DNA of 64,000 nt, taken from NCBI GenBank assembly GCA_014729775.1, contig WJJJ01000007.1, positions 94,302-158,301 of the forward strand, written 5' to 3'. A program made the position numbers and the translations under genes. This DNA comes from Candidatus Omnitrophota bacterium. GTDB lineage: Bacteria; Omnitrophota; Gorgyraeia; Duberdicusellales; 4484-171. This document shows positions 20,370 through 29,552 of this stretch, one piece after another. A model generated the notes under the pieces. That model saw only the letters and a program-made list of their open reading frames with translations. It was not told the DNA's origin and ran no database searches. Numbering within the stretch: position 1 is the stretch's first letter; each line of letters starts with the position of its first letter.

Positions 20370-20443
20370 GGCGGTGTAGCTCAGGCTGGCAGAGCAAACG
20401 GCTCATACCCGTTTTGTCGGTGGTTCAAGTCCACTCGCCGCCA
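20370..20443 (+). tRNA. tRNA-Met(CAT), elongator type; CCA not encoded
   Basis: GGCGGTG/CGCCGCC acceptor with a G1-C72 pair, AACGG-CT-CAT-AC-CCGTT anticodon arm without the initiator triple G-C pairs, T-arm GGTGG-TTCAAGT-CCACT. Confidence 0.93.
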
Positions 20444-20498
20444 CGTTTTTTTCCGGAGGAAGGGAGCGGTGAAAGCGAAGAGGAAAAGGAGGGAATAA

Positions 20499-20768
20499 AT
20501 GGAAGTCCGTGTGGAAAAACCCGATCAAAACACGCTTGCGCAGTTGAACGTATCAGCCTGGCCTATTTGGGAGAAGCAAGAGAGTACCTTTGAGTGGAGT
20601 TACCCCCAGCAGGAAATCTGTTATCTGCTTGAAGGACGCGCCGAAGTCACCTTGCCTTCAGGAGAAAAGGTTGCCTTTGGGGAGGGCGACCTGGTCACAT
20701 TCCCCCAGGGGCTTGACTGTACCTGGCATATCATTCAAAAGGTCCGCAAGCATTATCAGCTTGGCTGA
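20499..20768 (+). CDS. Small cupin domain protein (DUF861/Cupin_3-like)
   Basis: WPIW.K....F.W.Y...E.CY.LEG, GDLV.FP.G..C.W and KHY. Confidence 0.85.
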   Translation: MEVRVEKPDQNTLAQLNVSAWPIWEKQESTFEWSYPQQEICYLLEGRAEVTLPSGEKVAFGEGDLVTFPQGLDCTWHIIQKVRKHYQLG

Positions 20769-20817
20769 CCGGACCGCATATCTCGCAAATCCTGCTTAGT
20801 GATGACCTCATTCCCTA

Positions 20818-20845
20818 TTGACTTTTTTTTAAATGTTAGTAAAAT
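20818..20845 (+). promoter_or_regulatory. Putative sigma70 promoter of the type II PKS operon
   Basis: TTGACT-16 nt-TAAAAT in an AT-rich intergenic region, ~110 nt before ATG 20958. Confidence 0.55.
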
Positions 20846-20957
20846 TTTAATAATCAAATTTTATCTTCCCTCTCGAGAGAGCCTCTTCTTTTGCAGTTTC
20901 CCCTGTGGAGGCAATGTTCACGGGAAGAAAAGCACTTTTTAGGAATATTGTACTGGT

Positions 20958-22478
20958 ATGGACATCGCTTCTCTTCTTTCTTCTCATGCCGCCGATCGGC
21001 CGGGAAAAACCGCGGTACAGACCCGCGGCCGGTCGATGTCGTTCCGTGAACTGGCGCGCCGGGCGTTTCAGGTAAGCGAGTTTCTCGAACGCCGGGGCGT
21101 GGTGAAGGGAACGCACGTCGGGATATTTCTCCCCAACAGCGTTGAGTCGGTGTGGATTCAGCTGGGAATCTTATGCCGGGGCGCAGTCTTGGTACCGCTG
21201 GACTATATGTTATCGCAGGAGGAAGTTATCGCCTTTCTTCATCACAGCGGCGCCGCGCTTCTTTTCTTCCAGCCGAAAAAGGGGATCGATGCCGCCGAGG
21301 TGCGGGCGCGTTGTCCGCACCTGCAGAGTGTGGTGCGCTGCGGCGATTCTCCGGGAGAGGAGCGAGGCGGTGATCTTGACGAGCTTGTTTCGTACAGCGG
21401 TCGGGAGCCGAAAGGTTCCGTGTCTCCGGATGATCCGGCGGCGCTGTTTTATACTTCGGGTTCGACGGGGCGGCCCAAAGGGGTGGTACTCAGTTTTGGA
21501 CATCTGGATAATCCCGTTGAAACGATAGGAAAATATTTGCAGGTGGAGGAGACAGACGTGTTTTTGTGCGGAGGAGTTCCGTTTTCTCATGTGGGCGGTC
21601 TCGATTATCTTCTTCTGACAGCCTCGTTCGGCACGACGCTGGTGCTCATGGAGCGTTTTCATCCTTTGGAATTCCTGAGAAACATCGCGGAGTTCGGCGT
21701 GACGATATTTTGCATTGTTCCGGCGATGTATGTCGCGATCCTTGCCCTGAAAGAGTACGAACGGTTTGATCTGTCTTCTCTGCGCTACGCCGTAGTATTC
21801 GGCGCTCCTTCTTCTCCGGCGTTATTGTGCAGGTTTCACCGGATGTGTCCCAATGCCGGAGTGCTCAACGGATGGGGCATGACCGAAACCGCCGCACCGA
21901 ACACGTTTTCTCCCCGGGACGAGGAAAAATTAAGCACGATCGGACGGTTTGAGCTCGGCACTGAAGCGCGGTTGAGCGATGATGCCGGACGGGAAATCTC
22001 CGGCCCGGGAGAAGGCGAGTTATGGGTGCGGGGGCCGGCGGTGATGAAGGAATATTTTAAGGACCTGGAACTTACCCGGCAGACAATCACGCCAGAGGGA
22101 TGGCTGAAAACAGGAGATATCGCCCGTCGCGACCGGGAAGGCATCTATACTATTGTAGGAAGAAAAAAGGATATGTTAAAGGTTGCCGGAGAGATCGTGT
22201 TTTGCGCCGAGGTCGAAGAGGCGCTCCAGATGCATCCGGAGGTGCGGGAAGCCGCCGTGATCGGCGTTCCCGACCGTTTCCGCGGAGAGGTGCCCAAGGC
22301 TTTTGTGGTTTTACGGGACGAGGCGGCGCATGGTGGCGAACATCTGCGGGAGTTCCTTCGCGCGCGCCTGGCCCATTTCAAAATTCCGCATTTTTTCCAG
22401 GTGTGCGGTTCATTGCCGAAAAACAGAACAGGGAAGATCGATAAACGGCTGTTAAGGAAAACAGAAGAATCCGTATAA
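20958..22478 (+). CDS. Acyl-CoA ligase / AMP-binding (ANL) enzyme
   Basis: YTSGSTGRPKG, GWGMTE, WLKTGD, GRKKD and LPKNRTGK. Confidence 0.92.
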   Translation: MDIASLLSSHAADRPGKTAVQTRGRSMSFRELARRAFQVSEFLERRGVVKGTHVGIFLPNSVESVWIQLGILCRGAVLVPLDYMLSQEEVIAFLHHSGAALLFFQPKKGIDAAEVRARCPHLQSVVRCGDSPGEERGGDLDELVSYSGREPKGSVSPDDPAALFYTSGSTGRPKGVVLSFGHLDNPVETIGKYLQVEETDVFLCGGVPFSHVGGLDYLLLTASFGTTLVLMERFHPLEFLRNIAEFGVTIFCIVPAMYVAILALKEYERFDLSSLRYAVVFGAPSSPALLCRFHRMCPNAGVLNGWGMTETAAPNTFSPRDEEKLSTIGRFELGTEARLSDDAGREISGPGEGELWVRGPAVMKEYFKDLELTRQTITPEGWLKTGDIARRDREGIYTIVGRKKDMLKVAGEIVFCAEVEEALQMHPEVREAAVIGVPDRFRGEVPKAFVVLRDEAAHGGEHLREFLRARLAHFKIPHFFQVCGSLPKNRTGKIDKRLLRKTEESV

Positions 22479-22499
22479 ACCGTTAAGGAGGAATACGTT

Positions 22500-23249
22500 A
22501 TGATGCAGCGGGACGTGCATATGAAACCCGGAGATTTACTCGAGTCGCTCCAGTTTCAGCCTGGTGATTTCGGTCCGGTCGCACTGGTGAGCGGACAGCC
22601 CCACCGGGCAAAAATGTGCCTTAAGAAGCTTGAGAACCCGGTGAAAAATTTTACCTTTTTGGGGTATACGTTTTGGACCGGGACCTACCAGGGGCAGAAG
22701 GTTACCGTAGGCAATGGAGGATTTTATGCGCCTGATTCGGCTTTTGTCACCGAACTGCTCTGTTTCGGCGGAGTCGACATATTAATCCGGCTGGGATCTT
22801 GCGGAGCGCTGCAGGAACAAATTGAGATCGGGGATTTTATCGTCGCGGATAAGATTCTTCGCGGAGACGGCGCGACCCGGTACTATGTGGATGATTCCTT
22901 TGTGCCCCGCGTGGACAGTGCACTTGCGAATTCCCTGTGTGCGCTTTTCCGCGGAGTGGGCACGGTGCACCAGGGCGGGATCTGGACCACGGATGCATTA
23001 TTCAAGGAAACCAAAGAGATCGTCAATCCTTATATTGAACGCGGCGCGATCGCCGTTGATATGGTGACTTCTCCGTTCGTGACCGTGGCCAATCAATACG
23101 GGAAGAAATGCGCGGCCGTGCTGTCGGTTTCGGACAATCTCATTACGGGCCGGCTCGGATTCACGGATTTTCGGTTTTATGAAGCGGAATTGAAGATGAC
23201 CGACGCGGTTTTTCAGCTCGTTGCGCAGAGCGAGGGAGCAAAAAAATGA
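22500..23249 (+). CDS. Nucleoside phosphorylase (NP-I / PNP_UDP family), divergent
   Basis: GQPHRA, RLGSCG, RGDG, WTTDALF.E, AVDM (instead of VEME) and VSD. Confidence 0.82.
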   Translation: MMQRDVHMKPGDLLESLQFQPGDFGPVALVSGQPHRAKMCLKKLENPVKNFTFLGYTFWTGTYQGQKVTVGNGGFYAPDSAFVTELLCFGGVDILIRLGSCGALQEQIEIGDFIVADKILRGDGATRYYVDDSFVPRVDSALANSLCALFRGVGTVHQGGIWTTDALFKETKEIVNPYIERGAIAVDMVTSPFVTVANQYGKKCAAVLSVSDNLITGRLGFTDFRFYEAELKMTDAVFQLVAQSEGAKK

Positions 23250-23536
23250 ACATTGAATGGAGGCCCGATGCCGAGCAGGTGTTTCAGCAGGTCGTTTCTC
23301 ATTTGCCGCAGTTCCACCGGAGTATCGCGGAGCGGCTGGTAAGAGAAAAAGCCCCGGAACTCGCGCGGTCCCGCCAGGCGGAAAGAGTCACCCGGGAAGA
23401 CGTGATAGGCGCCTTCATGCAGGAAGTTCCCCCGGCTTTCAAAGAGATGCTTGAGCGGTTGCTTCACAAGCTGCGCATTCCCTGGGACGGTTCCCAAAAT
23501 GATCGAGCACAGACAGCAGATCAGGATACGGACTAG
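23246..23536 (+). CDS. Small helical protein, DUF2621/PCP_red-like
   Basis: W..DAE......V..LP.F.R..A......A..LA......VT..DV..A....P pattern; ATGA overlap with the upstream gene. Confidence 0.6.
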   Translation: MNIEWRPDAEQVFQQVVSHLPQFHRSIAERLVREKAPELARSRQAERVTREDVIGAFMQEVPPAFKEMLERLLHKLRIPWDGSQNDRAQTADQDTD

Positions 23537-23939
23537 CGCGGATCTCGTTTTTGATGAATGCGTCCGCTGGTGGAGAAGTCCGTGGTGGCCGCCGGTTCCG
23601 GTGGAGTTCCGGGAACTACAGCGTCACGCGGGAGAATGGGTATACGAACAGAAAATCAACATGCCCTGCGGTCCCCGATGGCGGGTGCGGCAGGTGCGCG
23701 CCGACCGCGGAGCGAAACGCGTCGAACGGAGATTTACCCGGGGAGTTTTTTCCGGCGGCGGGGAGCTGATAGATCTTCTGCCGGAGGAGGCGTCAACGAA
23801 AATTTCGTACGAGTTTTCTTTCCCTTCCCGGAATCCGGCGGTGGTATGCGCCTGGTACGCGGTGGCGAAATATTTTCACCGGCAAAGCGTGCAGAGAGTA
23901 TTCCATGCGATGAAAACCTATCTGGAGGCGGATGAATGA
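23499..23939 (+). CDS. SRPBCC/START-fold (polyketide cyclase-like) protein, divergent
   Basis: Size ~146 aa from ATG 23499; I.I...A..VF......WW N-terminus, beta-rich core and C-terminal helix ..MK.YLE. Confidence 0.5.
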   Translation: MIEHRQQIRIRTSADLVFDECVRWWRSPWWPPVPVEFRELQRHAGEWVYEQKINMPCGPRWRVRQVRADRGAKRVERRFTRGVFSGGGELIDLLPEEASTKISYEFSFPSRNPAVVCAWYAVAKYFHRQSVQRVFHAMKTYLEADE

Positions 23940-24946
23940 AAATTGCGGTGATCGGATGCGGCGCCATCGGAGGAACTCTTCTCGCCTATTTGTCCCGCGC
24001 GGGCGCAGACGTTAGGGGCGTAATGAAATCCTCTCAGCTCGCCGATGTGAGCGGAAAGGGCTTGCGGCTGGAAGGTGCGCGCGGCGCGGAGCAGGTCAAG
24101 GTGCGCGGGGTTGAACGTCTTGGGGAACCGGTGGATCTGGCGGTGTGCGCGACAAAAATCCCCGATCTGGAAGAAGCGTTGGAACGCGCCGCGCCGTTTC
24201 TGCGGGACGCGGTTACGGTGACGACTCAGAACGGGGTGGCGGCCGACGCGATTGCGCAGAGGTTCGTTCCCCGGGAGCGGATACTCAGCGGCGTGGTGAT
24301 GTTCGGGGCAACGTACCTGCCGCCTGCGAAGATCGTGCATCATTTTGAAGGTCCTCTTTTGCTGGGGAATCCCTGGGAAAAGAAGGTTCCCCGCGCCGAA
24401 GAGATCAAAAGGGAGTTGTCCCGGGCGGTGGAAATTTCTTTCTGTCCCGACATCCTTGGTGCAAAATATTTGAAATTATTCGTGAACCTGAATAACTGTG
24501 TTCCGGCAGTGCTGGGCTGTTCTTTGCAGGAGGCGTTTTCCTCTCCCGAAATTGCGGAAATCGCCGTTCGGTTAAACCGCGAAGCCTACCGGGTAGTGGC
24601 CGCGCGGGGGATCGTCCTGCAGAGTTTACCCACCTATCCCAAGGAACGGTTGGAAAAATTGGTGTCACTGCCGGTAAAAGAGGCCGCGGGAATTTTTTCT
24701 CGTATTATGCAGTCTTTGAGCGAAACTCCGGTGTACGGTTCGGTTTTGCAGAGTATCCGCCGTGGACGCAGGTCGGAGATCGATTATTTAAACGGAGAAA
24801 TAGTGCGGCTGGCCGCACAGGGTTCTCAGCCGGCGTTCTATAACCGGACTATCGTGGACATGGTGCATTCCGTGGAACAATCGGGACGCTTTTTCTCCCG
24901 GGAGGAATTAGTGAAAAAAATGGAGCAAGAAAAGGAGGCGGCATGA
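23936..24946 (+). CDS. Ketopantoate reductase (PanE/ApbA) family oxidoreductase
   Basis: MKIAVIGCGAIGG, ATK, QNG, KY.KL..N, S.LQ and SEIDYLNG. Confidence 0.88.
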   Translation: MKIAVIGCGAIGGTLLAYLSRAGADVRGVMKSSQLADVSGKGLRLEGARGAEQVKVRGVERLGEPVDLAVCATKIPDLEEALERAAPFLRDAVTVTTQNGVAADAIAQRFVPRERILSGVVMFGATYLPPAKIVHHFEGPLLLGNPWEKKVPRAEEIKRELSRAVEISFCPDILGAKYLKLFVNLNNCVPAVLGCSLQEAFSSPEIAEIAVRLNREAYRVVAARGIVLQSLPTYPKERLEKLVSLPVKEAAGIFSRIMQSLSETPVYGSVLQSIRRGRRSEIDYLNGEIVRLAAQGSQPAFYNRTIVDMVHSVEQSGRFFSREELVKKMEQEKEAA

Positions 24947-25542
24947 GCGCAGATCCGCAGCCCAAGATCGTATTTCCCAAAATAAAACTCACGGTCATTA
25001 AGAAAGAAGGGCATTGTTATCATCATTATGAGGTGGGTGACGAATTCATCCTGGACGACTTCACCCATCCGCCGAAGCATTTTTGCGCCGGTATTGTGAA
25101 ATCCGCGTTTCCCTGTTTTTATGCGCTTACCTTCGGGTCTGAATTCAAATTCATGGACAATACCAAATCGATTACGACTACTTGTCCCGATAACGGGAAG
25201 CTCACCTTTAAAATCGAACTGCTCGACGAACAGGGCGGGGTAATCGAAAAACCTAAGGAGAAGCCGCCGAAACCGAATCCGAAGCAGCTGGAGATTGAGG
25301 TGGAGGAAGTCCGCGGGCATTGTTTTTTCGGATACAAAAAGGGGGATACGTTTCGTACTACCGGGTTGAAAACCCCCGTGGACTTCTGCGGCGCGGCGTA
25401 CAGCGTGCTGTTCCCGGTATTGTTCGCGCTGAATTTCGGCGCCGAATTCCCGTTCGAAAAAAACCCGGTGTGCAAAACAGGAATCACCTGTCCCGATGGC
25501 GGCAACATCAAATTTAAAATTACAAGAGTGGAGGACCGATGA
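24943..25542 (+). CDS. TIGR04076-like Cys-rich protein with two tandem domains
   Basis: Two repeats of G.C....GD.F......P..FC..A....FP...AL.FG..F.........CPD. Confidence 0.75.
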   Translation: MSADPQPKIVFPKIKLTVIKKEGHCYHHYEVGDEFILDDFTHPPKHFCAGIVKSAFPCFYALTFGSEFKFMDNTKSITTTCPDNGKLTFKIELLDEQGGVIEKPKEKPPKPNPKQLEIEVEEVRGHCFFGYKKGDTFRTTGLKTPVDFCGAAYSVLFPVLFALNFGAEFPFEKNPVCKTGITCPDGGNIKFKITRVEDR

Positions 25543-26792
25543 GAAGAGTCGTGATTACCGGACTCGGCGTGATCTGCGCCGCCGGAGAGGATAAAGACCG
25601 GTTTTATCAGAATTTGATCGACGGGGTGCCCTGCATTGAACGGGTTGAGAATTTTGACGTGAGTTTGTTTAATTCCAAAATTGCCTCTCAGGCGGCGGAT
25701 TTCGATCCGCGCAAATTTGATATTCCGGATTTTCAGCGCATGGACCGTTACGTCCAGATGTCACTGGCGTCGGCGAAACAGGCCGTGGACGATTCCGGGA
25801 TCGATTTTTCCCGGACCGACCGGCGCCGGTGCGGCGTGGTGCTCGCCAACGCGATCTGCGGCACGCGTTTCATGGAGGAAGAATTTTTGCTGGTGACCGA
25901 CTGGGGAAAAAATCCCATTGATCCGCGCAAAGGGCGTCCCTACCTGTATGACGCGGCCATGTTTAATACTCCCAGCGCGGAAATCGCGGCGCGTTACCGC
26001 ACACAGGGGATCAACTGTACGATTTCGACCGGGTGTACCGCCGGCACGGATTCGATCGGGTTTGCCTACGAGTTGATTCGGGAGGGCCGGCAGGAGTGCG
26101 TGCTCGCCGGCGCGGGAGAAGCGCCGATCACGCCGATCACCTTCGGCGCGTTCGATGTGGTAAACGTATTATCCAAAAGAAACGACGATCCCCATCGCGC
26201 GTCAAGACCGTTTGATCACCAGCGGGACGGATTCGTCATTTCCGAGGGCGCGGGAATTCTGATGCTGGAGGAATTAAATCATGCCCGGGAACGCGGCGCG
26301 CAGATCTATGCCGAAATCACCGGATACGGAACCAGTTGTAACGCCTATCATATGACGGATCTGCCGCCGGACGGGGAACCTATGGCCAGGTGCATGCGTG
26401 ATGCGCTTGCCGAAGCCGGCATTCCTCCGGATAAAATCGGATATGTGAACGCCCACGGCTCTTCCACCCGGCAGAACGACGCTTTTGAAACCGACGCGTA
26501 TAAAAAGGTATTTCAGGAGTATGCGTATCACGTACCCATTAGTTCCATAAAGTCCATGATCGGACATCCTTTGGCGGCGGCGAACGCGGTGGAAAGCGTA
26601 CTGTGCTGCATGGTGTTCCGGCACGGGTATCTTCCGCCGACGATTAATCATGAAGAGCCGGATCCGAAATGTGATCTCGATTACATACCGAACACGAAAC
26701 GAGAGGGTGCGCCGGAGTACATCCTGAAAACGAGCAGCGGGTTTTCCGGCATTCATTCTTCGATCGTTTTCAAAAGATGGAGCGCGCGATGA
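25539..26792 (+). CDS. Type II PKS ketosynthase alpha
   Basis: RRVVITGLG, active-site STGCTAGTD, ASRPFD..RDGFV..EG, NAHGSST.QND, SIKSMIGH and SGFSG.HS; closer to aromatic-PKS KS-alpha (STGCTSG, NAHGSGT) than to FabF. Confidence 0.9.
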   Translation: MRRVVITGLGVICAAGEDKDRFYQNLIDGVPCIERVENFDVSLFNSKIASQAADFDPRKFDIPDFQRMDRYVQMSLASAKQAVDDSGIDFSRTDRRRCGVVLANAICGTRFMEEEFLLVTDWGKNPIDPRKGRPYLYDAAMFNTPSAEIAARYRTQGINCTISTGCTAGTDSIGFAYELIREGRQECVLAGAGEAPITPITFGAFDVVNVLSKRNDDPHRASRPFDHQRDGFVISEGAGILMLEELNHARERGAQIYAEITGYGTSCNAYHMTDLPPDGEPMARCMRDALAEAGIPPDKIGYVNAHGSSTRQNDAFETDAYKKVFQEYAYHVPISSIKSMIGHPLAAANAVESVLCCMVFRHGYLPPTINHEEPDPKCDLDYIPNTKREGAPEYILKTSSGFSGIHSSIVFKRWSAR

Positions 26793-28024
26793 AGGAACGA
26801 GTAGCCATTACGGGAATGGGAATAGTATCGCCCTGCGGTCTGAAAAAGGAAACGTTCTGGGCGAATTTGAAGCGGGCCGGATCGTACGTGGAAACCGTCA
26901 CACGATTCGACACGTCACTGTATCCGAGCCGGATCGCCGGACAGGTGCATGATCTTGATCCCTACACCCACCTTTCCGGCCGGTTGATCAAAAAAATCGA
27001 TGTGTTTTCTCATATGGCGCTGGTCGCCAGCGAACAGGCGCTTCAGGATGCCGGAGTGGATCCTGCCTCGGTGGACAAGAACCGGGTGGGGGTTTTCATG
27101 GGAAATGCTCTCGGTGGATGGCTGTTCGCGGAAACCGAGCTCAGAGACATGTATATCGAGGGTCGGGAAGGAATTTCGCCGTATATGGCCAGCGCGTGGT
27201 TTCCCGCGGCTCCGCAGGGACAGATTACGATTTATTATGGATTCAAGGGGTACAGCAAAACGATAGTCGCCGATCGAGCTTCTTCCGGACTCGCGTTATG
27301 GTACGGCGCAAGGACGATCAGGCAGAAAAAGAACGATTACGTATTGGCCGGAGGGATGGAAGCGCCTATTACCCCGTATGCCTTGCTGTGTGCCAATACC
27401 ATGGGCGGGTTATCGAAACAAAACCTCACGCCTGCCTCGGCGTATAAACCGTATGATTTATACCGCGACGGATTCGCCCTCGCAGAGGGCGCGGGCACCC
27501 TGATGCTGGAAAGCGAGACACAGGCGCGCCGGCGCGCGCGGCAGATTTACGGGTATCTTCAGGGGATCGGCTTTGCCTCGGACGGATACCATTACGCCCG
27601 GAGCGCTCCGGATTCGAGCGCGCTTGAATACGCGATCACCCAGTGCCTTGAAGATGCCGGATGGAAGACCGGCGAGGTCGATTACGTGTGTTTGGACGCG
27701 GAAGCGAGTCAGGTCGGCGACTGGTTGGAGTCCCGGGCGTTGAGAGAGGTGTTCGGCGCACATTGCGACCGGATGGCCATGAGCGCACCGAAATCGATGT
27801 TCGGTAATCTGTTGGGCGCGCAGACCGCGGTTGATCTGATTCTCACGTTGCTCTCGATGGAGCACGAGACGGTCCTGCCGACGATCAACTATCAAATGCA
27901 TGATCCTTACTGCGGGCTTGATTACACGCCGAACGTTCCCCGCCGCAGATCCATGCAAAAAGCGCTGCTGCTGTCCCGGGGCCGGGGCGGAATCCATGTG
28001 GTGGTGGCGGTCGAGAAAGCCTGA
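26789..28024 (+). CDS. Type II PKS chain-length factor (KS-beta)
   Basis: KS fold without catalytic Cys/His; CLF motifs SPYMASAWFPAAPQGQI, Y.PYD, APKSMFG and RGRGG; ATGA-coupled to KS-alpha; ADRASS at the usual AEQAGG position. Confidence 0.88.
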   Translation: MKERVAITGMGIVSPCGLKKETFWANLKRAGSYVETVTRFDTSLYPSRIAGQVHDLDPYTHLSGRLIKKIDVFSHMALVASEQALQDAGVDPASVDKNRVGVFMGNALGGWLFAETELRDMYIEGREGISPYMASAWFPAAPQGQITIYYGFKGYSKTIVADRASSGLALWYGARTIRQKKNDYVLAGGMEAPITPYALLCANTMGGLSKQNLTPASAYKPYDLYRDGFALAEGAGTLMLESETQARRRARQIYGYLQGIGFASDGYHYARSAPDSSALEYAITQCLEDAGWKTGEVDYVCLDAEASQVGDWLESRALREVFGAHCDRMAMSAPKSMFGNLLGAQTAVDLILTLLSMEHETVLPTINYQMHDPYCGLDYTPNVPRRRSMQKALLLSRGRGGIHVVVAVEKA

Positions 28025-28041
28025 GAAACAAAGGAGGGAGA

Positions 28042-28275
28042 ATGGAACTTTCCGAAGAAGTCCTTCAGACGATTTGTGAAACCTTGGAAGTAAAAAAGGA
28101 AGAGTGTCCGCCGGAACAGAAATTATACGATTCGATCGGGGTGGATTCCACGGAGATGGTCGAGCTGGTAGTCGCGCTCAATAAACGGTTCGGCATCAAA
28201 ATCGAAACGAACGAAATTACTAAGTTTTCGACGCCCTCTCAGATTTGTGAAATCGTCGCGAACAAGAAGGCATGA
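28042..28275 (+). CDS. Acyl carrier protein
   Basis: 77 aa acidic protein with GVDSTEMVEL phosphopantetheine Ser motif; strong SD. Confidence 0.93.
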   Translation: MELSEEVLQTICETLEVKKEECPPEQKLYDSIGVDSTEMVELVVALNKRFGIKIETNEITKFSTPSQICEIVANKKA

Positions 28276-28279
28276 TCCG

Positions 28280-29086
28280 ATGCGAATGGTGGATTTAAGC
28301 CTTCCTATCGACGATACCGCTTTTGAAGTGCACCCGTTGCGTATCGAGCGTACCGGACACAAGGAGGGGATCGAAAAGCTTAATAAAGTCATGATGTCAC
28401 GGATGCCGGGAGGAGCCGAACGCTTCAAGGCCGGTGAGCGCATCATCCGGCCTTCGGACGTGCCGGGTCAAGAGTTTCTTTCGCTGGAAATGGTCTACTC
28501 ATCCGTGCACAGCGGGACGCATTTGGATTATTCTTATCATTACGGAAGCCGGTCCGAGGGCCGGGCGTCGAAGCCGGCTTCGGAGATTCCCCTGGAATGG
28601 TGCGCCGGGCCGGGTGTGAAGCTGTCTTTGCGGGATGCGCAGCCGGGCGGGGCGATCACCGCAGACGACCTTCGGGCGGAACTGGACCGGATCGGGTATG
28701 GACTTAAGCCTTATGATATTGTGCTCATTTCCACCGGCTGCGACCGCTTGTTCGGCGGATCAGAATATTTCTCAGAATATCCGGGGATTGATCCCGGCGC
28801 GATCGATTTTCTTTTGGATTCCGGGATAAAAATTTTCGGGGTTGATACCATGGGAATTGACCGGCCGTATAAGTATATGATGAAGGAGTTCCTTGAGGAG
28901 AAAAACACGCAGGCGCTTTGGCCGGCGCATTTTCACGGCCGCAAAAGGGAATTCGTCCACATTGAACGTCTGGCGAATTTGGCGGCGCTTCCCGATTATG
29001 GATTTACCGTGTTCTGTTTTCCGGTGAAAATCCGTAATACCGGAGGAGCCTGGGCCAGGGTCGTGGCGCGGGTGCAAGAGCAGTGA
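28280..29086 (+). CDS. Cyclase family protein (kynurenine formamidase fold; DpsY/OxyN-type polyketide cyclase)
   Basis: VDLSLP, HSGTHLD...H, DIVLI.TG, GVD, HIERLANL, FPVKI and GAWARVVA. Confidence 0.85.
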   Translation: MRMVDLSLPIDDTAFEVHPLRIERTGHKEGIEKLNKVMMSRMPGGAERFKAGERIIRPSDVPGQEFLSLEMVYSSVHSGTHLDYSYHYGSRSEGRASKPASEIPLEWCAGPGVKLSLRDAQPGGAITADDLRAELDRIGYGLKPYDIVLISTGCDRLFGGSEYFSEYPGIDPGAIDFLLDSGIKIFGVDTMGIDRPYKYMMKEFLEEKNTQALWPAHFHGRKREFVHIERLANLAALPDYGFTVFCFPVKIRNTGGAWARVVARVQEQ

Positions 29087-29118
29087 AAACAGGACGATGA
29101 AACGAAAGGAGGTTGTTC

Positions 29119-29547
29119 ATGGCGCATACGGTGAACAGAATCGTCATTGATGCCGATTACGAGAAAGTGTTCGAGATGAGCAACGATATCGGCCGCTGGA
29201 AAGAATTTTTTAATGAATATACCGATTCCAAAGTGCTCAAAAAGGAAGGGAAGAAAATTACCTTTGAATTAACCCATCAGAAAGGAACCCGCTGGACATC
29301 ATACCGGATATTGGCGAAAGAGGAGAGGTTCGCCTACGCGTCCCGGATGGAACCGATGGCTCCTTTTCAGTACATGAAAATCATATGGCTCTACCGGGAA
29401 ACCGAAGGGGGAACGGAGATGACATGGATTCAGGATTTCTCCATGGCGCCGGACGCGAAGGTGGATGATTCCCGGGCCGAACAGATGATTAACGAGCATT
29501 CCAAAGAAAATCTGAAGCGGTTTAAAGAGATCATCGAAAATTCCTAA
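29119..29547 (+). CDS. Monodomain aromatase/cyclase (TcmN/WhiE-VI-like SRPBCC)
   Basis: HT.N.I.I.A....V....ND...W..F.EY, W.SYR, PF.YM.I.W.Y and M.W.QDF. Confidence 0.88.
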   Translation: MAHTVNRIVIDADYEKVFEMSNDIGRWKEFFNEYTDSKVLKKEGKKITFELTHQKGTRWTSYRILAKEERFAYASRMEPMAPFQYMKIIWLYRETEGGTEMTWIQDFSMAPDAKVDDSRAEQMINEHSKENLKRFKEIIENS

Positions 29548-29552
29548 AGATC

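Noticed and set aside
20370-20443. Initiator tRNA-fMet or tRNA-Ile2
   Set aside because: G1-C72 is paired and there are no three consecutive G-C pairs in the anticodon stem; the sequence pattern fits elongator Met best, though Ile2 is not formally excluded
20241-20593. ORFs 20241-20498 and 20366-20593
   Set aside because: They overlap the tRNA-Met gene and have no recognisable protein features
25539-28275. Ordinary fabF-fabF-acpP fatty acid synthesis genes
   Set aside because: The second KS lacks catalytic residues and has CLF motifs, and aromatase/cyclase genes follow directly
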